Assembly (NCBI GenBank): GCA_027451865.1
Contig: DAIDHW010000003.1
Location: 6,891 to 70,890, forward strand
Origin: Leptolyngbyaceae cyanobacterium clean351
Lineage (GTDB): Bacteria; Cyanobacteriota; Cyanobacteriia; DAIDHW01
Length of the DNA stretch: 64,000 bases
Direction: 5' to 3'
Below, one piece after another: positions 30,780 through 41,006 of the stretch (positions are counted from its first letter, which is position 1; each line of letters begins with the position of its first letter). The notes under the pieces were generated by a model. It ran no database searches, was not told the origin of the DNA, and was given only the letters and a program-made list of their open reading frames with translations. The position numbers were made by a program, and so were the translations under genes.

Positions 30780-32723
30780 TTGTTACAATACTTAAAGTCA
30801 GTGTTGACAGCAAGGACCAGCCCAGTGTACCAACTCCCGCCGGCTTCTTCTCTTCCCCCCGCCACCAGCCCCGGGCCTGAGGCAAGTACCGCCGCCGCCC
30901 ACTACGACCCGGAAGCAATTACCGCCTTCTACCGCCGCCGCCCCGGCGAAGTGGTGCGCCGGGCCCTGCAAATCTGCTGGCCGGTGCTCGTGTTTCTCAC
31001 TTCCCTGTGGTGGGATGGCCGGACCGGCAGGCAGTGCCAAGCCCAGCGAGCCCGGGAACTTAAAGACCTGATTACCCGGCTCGGGCCAGCCTATATCAAG
31101 ATCGGCCAGGCCCTTTCCACCCGCCCGGATCTAGTACCGGGGGCTTACTTGGAAGAGCTTTCCCACCTGCAGGACCAGCTACCAGCCTTCCCCGATGAGC
31201 TGGCCTATCAGTTTGTCCGTGAGGAGCTCGGGGCAGAACCCCTGGAGCTTTATGCTGAACTTACCCCCAGTCCCATTGCTGCCGCCTCCCTGGGGCAAGT
31301 GTATAAGGGACGCCTCAAGAGCGGCGAAGCGGTAGCAGTGAAGGTGCAGCGCCCAGACCTGGCGCGCAAGATTGCCATCGATATCTACCTGCTGCGGACC
31401 CTGGCCGCCTGGGTCCAGGGTTGGTTCAAGCGCATCCGCAGTGACCTGGTAGGCATCATCGATGAATTTGCCCAGCGGATGTTTGAGGAGATGGACTACA
31501 ACCACGAGGGTCGTAACGCCGAGCGCTTTGCTGACCTGTACGGGCATATGAAGGATGTGTACGTACCCAAGATCTACTGGCAGTACACCCGCCGGCGGGT
31601 CCTGACCATGGAGTGGGTCGACGGGGTGAAGCTGACTAATCCCCAGAAAGTGCGCGACCTGGGGATCAACGCCAGCTACCTGATCGAGGTGGGGGTCCAG
31701 TGCACCCTGCGCCAGCTCCTCGAGTACGGCTTTTTCCATGCGGACCCCCACCCGGGGAACCTGCTTGCCACCCCGGACGGGAAGCTAGCCTACCTCGACT
31801 TTGGCATGATGAGCGAGATCGACCGCCGCCAGCGCTACGGCCTGATCGAAGCCATCGTCCACCTGGTGAACCGGGACTTCCCTGGGCTAGCCCAGGACTA
31901 CGTGCACCTAGAATTTCTCTCCCCCACCACAGACCTAACCCCGATTATTCCGGCCCTAGCCAAGGTATTTCATAACGCCCTGGGGGCGAGTGTGGCGGAA
32001 TTAAATATCAAAAGCATCACCGACCAGCTGTCGGATTTGATGTACGAGTACCCCTTCCGGGTCCCCGCCTTCTACGCCTTGATCATCCGCTCCCTGGTCA
32101 CCCTAGAGGGGATTGCCATCCACATCGACCCTCAATTTAAGGTCCTCAGCAAAGCCTACCCCTACGTGGCCAAGCGACTCCTAACGGACCCAGCCCCGGA
32201 ACTGCGCAGCTCCCTGCAGGACCTGCTGTTTCAAAACGGTAACTTTCGCTGGAACCGTCTGGAAAATCTCCTGCGCAATGCCCCCCACAGCGGAGAATTT
32301 GACTTTGACCAGGTCCTTGACCAAAGTGTGGAGTTCTTACTGTCTCCCCGGGGCAGCAGCATTCGGGAAAGCCTAGTGCGGGAAGTGGTCAAGAGTATTG
32401 ACCTGTGGTCCTGCAACCTAGTGGAGACCTCCCTGTGGTTAGTGCAGGAGCGTCTGGGACTGGCGGTTCACTATACCCCCATCCCAGTGCCGGAGCAGGA
32501 GGTCACTGAGAACTTACGGCGGCTCTGGGCAATTCTCAAGCAAATGCCGGGTTTTGAACCGATGCACCTAGTCAGCCTCCTAGCACAGGTCTTGGCCCGC
32601 TCAGAGGTGCACCAGATGGGCCGGGAGTTAGCCAGTGCCCTGGGCCAACGGGCCCTCTCACGCCTGATCCGGGGCCTGGTCCTCTCCAATGACCCGGACC
32701 TAGTCACCAAGACTGCCACCTAA
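30780..32723 (+). CDS. ABC1/UbiB-family atypical kinase
   Basis: It has an ABC1 domain (AAASLGQVYKGRL...AVKVQRPD), a kinase-like core and C-terminal extensions. Confidence 0.85.
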   Translation: MLQYLKSVLTARTSPVYQLPPASSLPPATSPGPEASTAAAHYDPEAITAFYRRRPGEVVRRALQICWPVLVFLTSLWWDGRTGRQCQAQRARELKDLITRLGPAYIKIGQALSTRPDLVPGAYLEELSHLQDQLPAFPDELAYQFVREELGAEPLELYAELTPSPIAAASLGQVYKGRLKSGEAVAVKVQRPDLARKIAIDIYLLRTLAAWVQGWFKRIRSDLVGIIDEFAQRMFEEMDYNHEGRNAERFADLYGHMKDVYVPKIYWQYTRRRVLTMEWVDGVKLTNPQKVRDLGINASYLIEVGVQCTLRQLLEYGFFHADPHPGNLLATPDGKLAYLDFGMMSEIDRRQRYGLIEAIVHLVNRDFPGLAQDYVHLEFLSPTTDLTPIIPALAKVFHNALGASVAELNIKSITDQLSDLMYEYPFRVPAFYALIIRSLVTLEGIAIHIDPQFKVLSKAYPYVAKRLLTDPAPELRSSLQDLLFQNGNFRWNRLENLLRNAPHSGEFDFDQVLDQSVEFLLSPRGSSIRESLVREVVKSIDLWSCNLVETSLWLVQERLGLAVHYTPIPVPEQEVTENLRRLWAILKQMPGFEPMHLVSLLAQVLARSEVHQMGRELASALGQRALSRLIRGLVLSNDPDLVTKTAT

Positions 32724-32727
32724 GGTA

Positions 32728-33504
32728 GTGACTAGGCGGCTGTGGCTGGTGGGGGGTACCACGGAGAGCGCCCAGTTGGCTCGCCAACTGGAGCAGGCCC
32801 AGACTCCCTGCACGATCACCGTCACCACTCCGACTGCTCTAGGTCTCTACCCCCCCTCACCTCACCTGCGTTGCCGAGTAGGGGCCCTTGACCCCCAGAC
32901 CATCGACCAGTTTATTCACCAGGAGGCCATCGCTGCTATCCTGGACCTTTCCCACCCCTTTGCCACCGCCATTTCCCAGCTGGCCCTGGACACCGCCGGG
33001 CGCTACGGGCTTCCCTACCTGCGCTACGAACGCCCGGGCCTAGCCCAAGACCAAGTTTTCCCCAGCTTTCGGGAGCTGCTTACTCTTAACCGGGCCCCTA
33101 CGGACCGGGTACTGCTGACCGTGGGCTACCGGCCTCTAGAGTTATTTGCCCCCTGGCAAGGGTGCTGCCTGCTGTTTGCCCGGATCCTTCCCTCTCCTAC
33201 CGCCCTAGCCGCGGCCCTAGCAGCCGGTTTTCCCCCCGAGCGCCTGATCGCCCTGCGTCCCCCCGTGGGCGCTCCCCTAGAGCGCTCTCTGGTACAGCAA
33301 TGGCAGATCACCCACTGGGTCACCAAGGCCTCCGGCGCCCCAGGGGGAGAGGCTACTAAGCGGCAGGTGGCCCAGGAGCTAGGGATACCCCTGCTGGTGG
33401 TGGCACGGCCCCCAGCTCTAGTAAATTATAGTACAGATAATCTGAATACAGCCTGGGAGTTTTGCCGCCAGCACCTCGGCTGGTATGATGGCCAGGGGGC
33501 GTGA
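32728..33504 (+). CDS. cobK: precorrin-6A / cobalt-precorrin-6A reductase
   Basis: It matches the CbiJ/CobK family. It overlaps lysC by 4 nt. Confidence 0.75.
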   Translation: MTRRLWLVGGTTESAQLARQLEQAQTPCTITVTTPTALGLYPPSPHLRCRVGALDPQTIDQFIHQEAIAAILDLSHPFATAISQLALDTAGRYGLPYLRYERPGLAQDQVFPSFRELLTLNRAPTDRVLLTVGYRPLELFAPWQGCCLLFARILPSPTALAAALAAGFPPERLIALRPPVGAPLERSLVQQWQITHWVTKASGAPGGEATKRQVAQELGIPLLVVARPPALVNYSTDNLNTAWEFCRQHLGWYDGQGA

Positions 33505-35246
33505 CTAGAAGTGCCATGGTGCGAATTATCCAAAAGTACGGCGGCACCTCCGTAGGTTCCGTAGAACGGATCCAGGCGGTGGCCCAGCGGGTATGCCAGC
33601 AGGCCCGGCGGGGCGATGAGGTGGTGGTAGTGGTCTCGGCCATGGGTCATACCACAGATGAACTATTAGCTCTGGCGGAAGCGGTTACCCCTTGTCCTGG
33701 GGGACGGGAACTAGATATGCTCTTGGCCACCGGTGAACAGGTGTCCATGGCCCTGTTAGCCATGGCCCTCCAGGCCCTCGGGCAGTCGGCTATCTCTCTC
33801 ACCGGTGCCCAGGCGGGCATTATCACCCAGGCCGAGCACACCCGGGCCCGGATCCTACGGATTAATCCCCGGCGGGTGGAGCGGCACCTCCGCCAGGGCC
33901 AAGTGGTGGTTGTGGCGGGCTTCCAGGGGGTGACAGGAGTCGAGGAGCAGGAAATTATTACCCTGGGGCGGGGGGGGTCAGACACCTCAGCGGTGGCCCT
34001 GGCCGCAGCCCTCGGGGCAGAGCGCTGTGAAATTTACACCGATGTGGCCGGTATTTTCACCACAGACCCCCGTCTGGTACCCCAAGCTCGCTTGATTCCC
34101 GAGATTACCAGCGATGAGATGCTGGAGTTAGCCAGTCTCGGGGCCCAGGTACTCCACCCCCGAGCAGTAGAGATTGCCCGCAACTACGGCATTACCCTGG
34201 TGGTGCGTTCTAGCTGGACCGATGAACCGGGGACCCTGGTTTTGTCGGCCCCCGCCCTGGGCCGCTCCCTGGAGGGCCTAGAGACTGCCCAACCCGTAGA
34301 TGCAGTGGCGGTAGACCCGGACCAGGCTAAGGTCGCCCTGCTAGGGGTACCGGACCGGCCGGGGGTAGCAGCCCGCCTTTTCCACGGCATTGCTGACCAC
34401 GGTTTAGATGTGGACCTGATTATTCAGTCCGCCCACACCGGCAGCACCAATGATATTGCCTTTACGGTCCACCGCCGGGACCTCCCCCAGGTAAAAGCCC
34501 TTACCAGTCAGACCGGGATTGAGGTGGCAGTGGTGCCGGAGGTGGCCAAGGTGAGTATTTCTGGGGCCGGGATGATCGGCAGACCGGGGGTAGCCGCCCA
34601 GATGTTTGCCCTCCTGGCCGCGGCGGGGGTGAACATTGAGATGATCTCTACTTCGGAGGTGGAGATCAGCTGCGTAGTGAGTGCCGCCGACCTACAGCGG
34701 GCCTGGGAGAGCCTCGGTCAGGGTTTCGCCGTGCCTAAGGTGGGCTTAGGGCAGCGGTTACCTAGTAGTGCAGTAGTGCGGGGAGTAGCCCTAGACCAGC
34801 AGCAAACACGCCTGTCGATCCTAGAGGTGCCAGACCGGCCGGGGATGGCGGCCCAGATCTGCCAGTGTCTGGCGGGGGCGGGGATTAGCGTCGATATGAT
34901 TATCCAGTCCCAGGCGCGGCCGGGGCCGGGGGGGGTGATGCAGCAGGATATTGCCCTGACGGTCCAGCGGCGGGACGGGGCGGCGGCGGCAGCTCACCTA
35001 GAGCAGGCCTGCCTCGGCTGGGGCCCGGTGGTGATGGACTCCCAGATCGCCAAAGTGAGTATTGTGGGGGCGGGGATGGTGGGTCATCCGGGGACGGCGG
35101 CGCGGCTGTTTAGTGCCTTGGCTCAGGAACAAATCAACATCCAGATGATCGCCACCTCGGAAATCAAGATTAGCTGTGTGGTGCCGGAGGACCTGGGAGT
35201 GAAAGCTCTGCGGGCTGTTCATCGGGCCTTTGGTCTAGGTGGCTAG
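33501..35246 (+). CDS. lysC: aspartate kinase (cyanobacterial long form with duplicated ACT domains)
   Basis: It has the KYGGTS N-terminus and is about 580 aa with four ACT repeats. Confidence 0.9.
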   Translation: MTRSAMVRIIQKYGGTSVGSVERIQAVAQRVCQQARRGDEVVVVVSAMGHTTDELLALAEAVTPCPGGRELDMLLATGEQVSMALLAMALQALGQSAISLTGAQAGIITQAEHTRARILRINPRRVERHLRQGQVVVVAGFQGVTGVEEQEIITLGRGGSDTSAVALAAALGAERCEIYTDVAGIFTTDPRLVPQARLIPEITSDEMLELASLGAQVLHPRAVEIARNYGITLVVRSSWTDEPGTLVLSAPALGRSLEGLETAQPVDAVAVDPDQAKVALLGVPDRPGVAARLFHGIADHGLDVDLIIQSAHTGSTNDIAFTVHRRDLPQVKALTSQTGIEVAVVPEVAKVSISGAGMIGRPGVAAQMFALLAAAGVNIEMISTSEVEISCVVSAADLQRAWESLGQGFAVPKVGLGQRLPSSAVVRGVALDQQQTRLSILEVPDRPGMAAQICQCLAGAGISVDMIIQSQARPGPGGVMQQDIALTVQRRDGAAAAAHLEQACLGWGPVVMDSQIAKVSIVGAGMVGHPGTAARLFSALAQEQINIQMIATSEIKISCVVPEDLGVKALRAVHRAFGLGG

Positions 35247-36214
35247 CTAGGGGGTAAGCCCATGAGGTATAGCAGGGCCATCCGCACGGCCACCCCATTG
35301 GTGACCTGCTGCGACATCAGGCTGGTCTGGGGGTCGTCGAGGAGGTCAGAGCTCACCTCCACCCCCCGGTTAGCCGGACCCGGATGAAGCAGACGTACAC
35401 CCGGCCGGCAGACCCCCAGGCGCTCCCGGGTCAGACCGAAGTTCAGGTGATACTCCCGCAGGCTGGGGAAGAGGTTAGCATCCATGCGCTCCTGTTGCAG
35501 ACGCAGGGCCATGACAAAGTCAGCCCCCACTAGGGCCGGTTCTAGCTGCCAATGGACCTGGGGTCCTAGGTTCCTAAACAGAGCCGGCACCAGGGTAGGA
35601 GGGCCGGCTAGGTGCACCTCGGCCCCGCAGGCAGTCAGGCTCCAGAGGTTGGATCGGGCTACTCGGGAGTGGAGAATATCCCCGACAATAGCCACCTTCT
35701 TACCTCGGAGGAACTCTGCGGTTGGCCCCTCCGGGTCCGTCAGACTACAGATGGTAAATAGATCTAGGAGGGCTTGGGAGGGGTGTTCGTGGGCCCCGTC
35801 CCCAGCGTTGAGCACCCCTACCCCGGCCCCGAGGTGGTCAAGGGCAGTGGCGATGGCCTGGGGGACCCCTGCCTGGCGGTGGCGGATTACCATCAGGTTA
35901 GTGCCCATGGCTAGATAGGTTTTGGCGGTGTCTAGGATTGTTTCCCCCTTGGCGAGGGAGGAGCTAGCGGGGGCAAAGTTGAGAACGTCGGCGGATAGGC
36001 GCTTAGCAGCAAGCTCAAAGCTGCTGCGGGTGCGGGTAGAAGACTCAAAGAAGAGATTGGTCACCACCTGACCCTGGAGGGAGGGGACCCGCTTGGTACC
36101 CCGGGAGAGGACCTGCCGAAAGCTAGCGGCAGTTTGCAAGACGGTGTTGTACTCCGGGAGAGTGAAGTCTTGGAGGGAGAGAATGTGTCGACGATGCCAA
36201 GCAGATGTTACCAA
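35243..36214 (-). CDS. pyrB: aspartate carbamoyltransferase catalytic subunit
   Basis: It has the STRTR carbamoyl-phosphate motif ([10 protein letters not shown]) and an HPxQ region. Confidence 0.9.
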   Translation of the reverse strand: MVTSAWHRRHILSLQDFTLPEYNTVLQTAASFRQVLSRGTKRVPSLQGQVVTNLFFESSTRTRSSFELAAKRLSADVLNFAPASSSLAKGETILDTAKTYLAMGTNLMVIRHRQAGVPQAIATALDHLGAGVGVLNAGDGAHEHPSQALLDLFTICSLTDPEGPTAEFLRGKKVAIVGDILHSRVARSNLWSLTACGAEVHLAGPPTLVPALFRNLGPQVHWQLEPALVGADFVMALRLQQERMDANLFPSLREYHLNFGLTRERLGVCRPGVRLLHPGPANRGVEVSSDLLDDPQTSLMSQQVTNGVAVRMALLYLMGLPPS

Positions 36215-36551
36215 GGACAGCTCCCCAAAAAGTACCCGGCCCGTCGAGGTGGTTCCTCATTGACATCTTCCCTGACCTGAAGGCCGGAGATTCCTACAGC
36301 GCTCACCGCAGGCACGGCTGCGATAAGTCGCTTCGGTGGGTTCCTCGGCCGAGGGCGCCCTATCTCCAAGGGCGTTACTTGCGGCATGCCCTGCCGTAGG
36401 CCGGCGTGGTTGTTGCCGCCAGATCGGTTATAGCACGCAACAACGAAGCCCGCGCTATTCTTCCCTGCCCTGAACAGCGGGGCTTGGCGTGCACCGGGGT
36501 TAAGTACCCGTTGAATATTAGGTCCTAGGCAAACCTTCCAGGTTCAACATA

Positions 36552-36929
36552 ATGGATCGAGGCTTTGCGAGCTGGGGATTTCTCGATGAACTAAGTGCCA
36601 CTCAAACTCCCTTTGTCATACGGATTAAAAACAACACGAGAACCGAGCTCGGCCATGAGCGCTATCGGGTCGCGTGGTTTTGTGACTTAGAACGTCGCCC
36701 AACCTTCAATCCTGGGCAAGTCATGACTATTAAGGTAGATGATACCCAGGTATACAGCTATCCCTTCCCCCGAATTGGCCAGTTTCAAACCATCAGGTTA
36801 CCCCTAGCTGCCCAGCCCGGCCCCCATCAGAAGATTGAACTTGCCTACCGTCACTCGGCTGCCTCTCCCCCTGACCCCCGCTCCTTGGCGGTCCTATTTG
36901 AGAAATTGAAAGTGACTGCTAGTCATTGA
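36552..36929 (+). CDS. hypothetical protein; N-terminus resembles the DDE-transposase (IS4-like) 'DRGFxS...FVIRxKxN' region, so possibly a transposase remnant
   Basis: The only support is the MDRGFASWGFLDEL...FVIRIKNN motif. The rest of the protein is not transposase-like. Confidence 0.3.
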   Translation: MDRGFASWGFLDELSATQTPFVIRIKNNTRTELGHERYRVAWFCDLERRPTFNPGQVMTIKVDDTQVYSYPFPRIGQFQTIRLPLAAQPGPHQKIELAYRHSAASPPDPRSLAVLFEKLKVTASH

Positions 36930-37017
36930 CCAGGGGATGTTCATCTGGGGAGACTATTCAGGAGCAGACCGAGGAGCCTGGTAGCCTATTGGTTTCTAGG
37001 GCGTGCCGACAGGATTC

Positions 37018-39141
37018 TTACCGGGTAGAAACGTGGTGGCGGGGAATTTCCGAGAGGAACCGAACGGCTATATCCTCGCTAAAATCCATGAAGTGTTGGG
37101 AGTGTTTAGCAGGGATAAGTTTGATCGCGCTTATTCTCTGTAGTCCAGAGGTGTCGCCGACAAAAAGCCTACCTAGGCTGATTGCTGATCCCAGGTAATA
37201 CCTAGTAAACAGGCCATCATTCCCAGTGGGATAAATGAATCTAAAAGGTCCCCTAACGGATCCATCAGCAAGCTTGAACAAGATATATACGTGGTCTGGT
37301 TTGTATAGGATATCCATAAGACCGCCCACCAATGTGGTTCGAATCCCTAGGTCCGTATAGGTGGCATTGCTTGGGACCTTTAACCACTGATGAAAACGGG
37401 TTTTTGTCCTGGCTGTGAGCACTAGTCCTGGTCTGGCGCAGGCAACGCGGCTAAGTACGGTGAGGGGTCCCTTGGCATACCTAGTTCTATAACAGTTTAG
37501 GATTGCCCTAAAGGTTGCGGGCTCATCAAATATCGGATATCTCCAATCAATAGTTTGAAACTTGTATATAATGTCATCGGCACTTGCCCCATCCCATATC
37601 TGCTCGGCATTTAAGTGATCCAGATAGGGTGTGTAGACAGAATAGGATTGTATAACCGGGCTAGCGAGCAATCTCAGATGGAATCCCTGGACTGCCATGA
37701 GGTCCCAAGGAATAATATTTACCGACTTGTGACCGACGGTGCCTTGTATACTGGCATAACTACTGATCTCTTGCCTGAGGGCATTCTGTTGTTTGTGGGC
37801 AAGGACAGACCTTTGTCTTTTTGATGTCAGTAGGGAAACAAAGTTCCTATAATTCATCACCTCATTTACTGAAGAACTCGATGGCCATCCAAGTAAATGA
37901 ATTGACGGCCATAAACTCTTGTGACTCACCACATAATTCGATGGCAGTGTCCCCAGCATGGGGAATATTAACGCCAGCAAATACATTGCCGAGAGGTTGA
38001 TAAGGGCGATTACATAGGATTTCCTGAGGAGTAGCGCTAGGATTACCACTGATATGAGGAGAGCGGTGCTAAAGAAGGTTAAGGCATGGCCACCAAAAAA
38101 TGCTAGATCGTGCCGTGTAAAGCCCTCCTTCCATGCCCAAAACATCATGACCGCTAGAACTATACTTTGCGCTAGTCGTGGCTTGTCTCCTTTTATCGCC
38201 ACTACGATGACAGTGGCGATAAAAAACAAGAGAATAGCCACTGCAACGATGGTTTGCGGAAGATACCCACTAAGGGACATGGCAGGTGTATAGCCGCGGG
38301 CAATTGCCCATGTTCCGCGTAAATACCCAGGTATATCTCCCATGGTCTGTCCCGCAGCAATCCATAGGCCGAGAAAGGCGATGACAAAAGACAGCAGCGG
38401 AATTAGGGATATCCTTCTCCATATCTTAGTGCCGATATACCACCATAGAAGTGGGTATAGGCAAACAACTGCAAGGGCGATCATCAAAGATGTGGACTTG
38501 ATGAGAGAGCCTAAAGCCAGGAGGAATCCAGAGAAAAATAAGGACAAAAAAACTGCCCCGCGCTCGGTAAGGGAGAGCACGAGCAGTAATAATCCCACAA
38601 AGGCCAATCGAGATGCCAGATCAAGCAGAGAGGCGCCTACTACCCACGCCATTATCGCGGGGATGACTATGTAACTAAACCCCCTGCTCGTCGGTAAAAG
38701 CCTAGGAAGTATGAGGAAAAAGGCTAAACCACAGGCTATCCAACTCACCAATTGAGCCAGGGCAGCCATACCCCATAGGAGGTGATCTGAGTAGAAATAC
38801 GGGTTTTCTAGAAAGCCTAGGGGACCATAGGTGAAGAGAATTGACTTTCCCCACTGTAAATGGTGCTCGAAGCCGTAGCCCAACATCCAAGCCCAGGAGG
38901 TATCTAAGATGTCATTAGTTGGAGCAAAAAAATCAACTAGCCGGGGCGTAGTCAATAGGAGTAACACGAACAGTAGGGAAAAAACCACAAGGTTAAATAG
39001 AATACCTGAAGGCTTTCTACTCCTAGGCTCGCGCTCTTGTAACTGAGGTTTTTCCGACATCTGGTGATCCGTTGACGGTGATGGGTGTTTCCCTGACCCT
39101 GAGGATAGCTGCGGTCGTGGGGGCCGCAAATGAGTATACAC
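37018..39141 (-). CDS. large polytopic membrane protein, putative GT-C-type glycosyltransferase / YfhO-like
   Basis: It has about 12 or more TM helices followed by a soluble domain of about 250 aa, and is AT-rich. The start may be the internal MSEKPQ methionine. Confidence 0.45.
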   Translation of the reverse strand: MYTHLRPPRPQLSSGSGKHPSPSTDHQMSEKPQLQEREPRSRKPSGILFNLVVFSLLFVLLLLTTPRLVDFFAPTNDILDTSWAWMLGYGFEHHLQWGKSILFTYGPLGFLENPYFYSDHLLWGMAALAQLVSWIACGLAFFLILPRLLPTSRGFSYIVIPAIMAWVVGASLLDLASRLAFVGLLLLVLSLTERGAVFLSLFFSGFLLALGSLIKSTSLMIALAVVCLYPLLWWYIGTKIWRRISLIPLLSFVIAFLGLWIAAGQTMGDIPGYLRGTWAIARGYTPAMSLSGYLPQTIVAVAILLFFIATVIVVAIKGDKPRLAQSIVLAVMMFWAWKEGFTRHDLAFFGGHALTFFSTALLISVVILALLLRKSYVIALINLSAMYLLALIFPMLGTLPSNYVVSHKSLWPSIHLLGWPSSSSVNEVMNYRNFVSLLTSKRQRSVLAHKQQNALRQEISSYASIQGTVGHKSVNIIPWDLMAVQGFHLRLLASPVIQSYSVYTPYLDHLNAEQIWDGASADDIIYKFQTIDWRYPIFDEPATFRAILNCYRTRYAKGPLTVLSRVACARPGLVLTARTKTRFHQWLKVPSNATYTDLGIRTTLVGGLMDILYKPDHVYILFKLADGSVRGPFRFIYPTGNDGLFTRYYLGSAISLGRLFVGDTSGLQRISAIKLIPAKHSQHFMDFSEDIAVRFLSEIPRHHVSTR

Positions 39142-39226
39142 CAGAGCAGTTGACCTGGTTCCCCCCCGCTAAGTTCAAGCAAAGCCGTCCTCGAAGGATG
39201 GGGTTTCAACCCAATTTCTCGATGAG

Positions 39227-39643
39227 CTACTGGTGGCTAGGGCTTGAGGGGGGTAGGGGGTTCTGGCTAGCTTGTCTGGCCCGCATTGCCGACTTTACCA
39301 GTTTTACTTGGTAGGGGTCAGCATCTTGGCGCCAGACGACTCGATGCCCTTGCAATTGGGCACAGTGGGCTCCTAGACACTTTTCCCAACCCCGGCGGTC
39401 ACTGATTCTACTTAGGTTATCTAACAGTCCCCAATTCTCTTCTTGGCGAGTCAGGTGGGTAAACCTTTCGTAGAGAGGATAGTCAGGCCTTACTAGCGAG
39501 TCCTTGCGGTGCAGCAGCGGGGGATTATCCTCACGGTCGTAGTCTTGGTAATGGACGTGGAGGTCCCGGAGATCAACCTGCATCCTGGTCTGGAGAGCCG
39601 GATGAGGGTCAGAATCAAATTCAGGGTAGAACATCCCGAACAT
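39227..39643 (-). CDS. hypothetical protein (138 aa), divergent from the HTH gene
   Basis: It is an intact ORF with no recognisable motifs. Confidence 0.35.
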   Translation of the reverse strand: MFGMFYPEFDSDPHPALQTRMQVDLRDLHVHYQDYDREDNPPLLHRKDSLVRPDYPLYERFTHLTRQEENWGLLDNLSRISDRRGWEKCLGAHCAQLQGHRVVWRQDADPYQVKLVKSAMRARQASQNPLPPSSPSHQ

Positions 39644-39699
39644 ACCAGTCCTGGGGGTTTGTGGCCTGGAGGATGACTGCCGTTATGTTGGATGAAACC

Positions 39700-39713
39700 A
39701 TAACAGATGTTAT
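39700..39713. promoter_or_regulatory. perfect inverted repeat ATAACA-GA-TGTTAT in the divergent intergenic region; candidate operator for the adjacent XRE-HTH protein
   Basis: It is a 6-2-6 palindrome lying between the divergent genes at 39643 and about 39763. Confidence 0.35.
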
Positions 39714-39762
39714 ACTTGCCAGCAAAAAGCAACTACTATTTTTGATCAGCAACTTTACAACA

Positions 39763-40557
39763 ATGAGTAAGGCCAACGACGCGCTTAGACAAACTATTGA
39801 GAAACATAATATTAGCCAGAGCCAACTCGCAGAGATCATGGGGATAGAAGGCGCAATAGTTTCAAATTGGTATCACAGTCAGGTTGATCCGAGAGCTGAA
39901 ACCGTAGCAGAGATCGTCAGAGCACTCAAGAGGATAGGCACAAAAGTAGCTGAAGACTTTATCAGGTTCTACTTGGATCTTCCTACTCAGCCCGGGCAAG
40001 ATTATCTGGTTTGTATGGCTGGATCTGAACTACCAGCTTCAGAAGTAGTAGATGTATCCACACTATCCGGCCTGTTTACTCAAACCACCAATTCCTATAA
40101 GTATTTATTTTTCATTTCACTATTAGATATTTTGAAGAGACAGAAATTTAACGTGTTATCACCCATTGGCTTTGGGAAAATAGCCATTGAAATACTTGCT
40201 AATACTTGGTATCCAAGCACCTACTGTAAGCTATCCTTTGGAATTTCAGATAGGCTTCCTAAAATGCTTAGCTCTCTAAAGTTAGACATTGGTAAACCGA
40301 TTTTAAAGTTTACTGATACAGATAAGAATTTGCTACGTAAAACTATTGGAAGTCAGAATTTGAGTTCTATAGTCTTTGAACTACTCAGATATGTCCCTTT
40401 CCGGCTCATCATGCCATTTGTTGAAGCAGAGTTAGAAAATATTGAGCGGGGAATTAGGGGAAAAGGTATGAAAGCTGATTATACAGTCCCTAGAATCGCT
40501 ACAGAGTATTTTGATCTCCGCAGCCCCTATATAAATTTAACTCCTCAGTTTATCTAG
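39763..40557 (+). CDS. XRE-family HTH protein with uncharacterised C-terminal domain
   Basis: It has an HTH (ISQSQLAEIMGIEGAIVSNWYH) followed by a domain of about 200 aa with no recognised motifs. The start is placed at the internal MSKAND methionine; the ORF is open from 39661. Confidence 0.5.
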   Translation: MSKANDALRQTIEKHNISQSQLAEIMGIEGAIVSNWYHSQVDPRAETVAEIVRALKRIGTKVAEDFIRFYLDLPTQPGQDYLVCMAGSELPASEVVDVSTLSGLFTQTTNSYKYLFFISLLDILKRQKFNVLSPIGFGKIAIEILANTWYPSTYCKLSFGISDRLPKMLSSLKLDIGKPILKFTDTDKNLLRKTIGSQNLSSIVFELLRYVPFRLIMPFVEAELENIERGIRGKGMKADYTVPRIATEYFDLRSPYINLTPQFI

Positions 40558-40616
40558 AATGTAATGCAATCAGCGTTCATCCAGCCTGGGCCGACTACCT
40601 ACAAAGAAGCTACGGC

Positions 40617-41006
40617 ATGATTCGTGGCTGGGCATCTTGGGAATGGCTTGAGTATATGCAGAAGTGTAACCCCAATACTCCAGCCATTATCAATAAGTTA
40701 TTCCCACCAAATCACCGAGATTCTCTAATAAAACAAACTGAATACTGGAAATATATACTACAACGTTCTGAGTTTTGCTGTATCTATACAAATGAACTGC
40801 TTAATTATGATCAAATTTCACTTGATCACTATTTGCCTTGGTCCCTTGTAGCTCATGACCAATTATGGAACCTTATTTCTACCTCTCCAAGAATTAATTC
40901 ATCGAAGTCAAATAAGCTTCCCCCAGATGGCTCATTTAATAAGTTCGTTGACTTTCAATACTCTGGCTTACAAGTTTCCTACCAGCACATGTCTAAACCA
41001 AAATAG
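40617..41006 (+). CDS. His-Me finger (HNH/DUF1524-like) nuclease, ending at an in-frame TAG followed by 51 further open codons
   Basis: It has the SLDHYLPWS...HDQLWNLIS...NSSKSNK motif (H-N-H-like with a terminal NKxF). The same frame stays open at 41007-41159 and also upstream from 40515. Confidence 0.5.
   Translation: MIRGWASWEWLEYMQKCNPNTPAIINKLFPPNHRDSLIKQTEYWKYILQRSEFCCIYTNELLNYDQISLDHYLPWSLVAHDQLWNLISTSPRINSSKSNKLPPDGSFNKFVDFQYSGLQVSYQHMSKPK

Noticed and set aside
36205-36399. 64-aa ORF in the pyrB upstream region
   Set aside because: It has no coding bias or recognisable motif, and probably arises by chance in GC-rich structured DNA.
36215-36551. Considered tmRNA (ssrA), RNase P RNA, SRP RNA or a tRNA as the island's integration target
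   Set aside because: No GGGGC...CCACCA tRNA-like ends, no tag-peptide reading frame ending in a hydrophobic tail, no GGAAAGUCCGGGC P4 box, and no T-loop (GGTTCGA) were found on either strand by eye.
39763-40557. SRA, DUF262 (DGQQR), WYL or P-loop sensor domain in the HTH protein, which would have matched known Type IV or GmrSD/SspE systems
   Set aside because: None of the diagnostic motifs are present, so it is left as uncharacterised.
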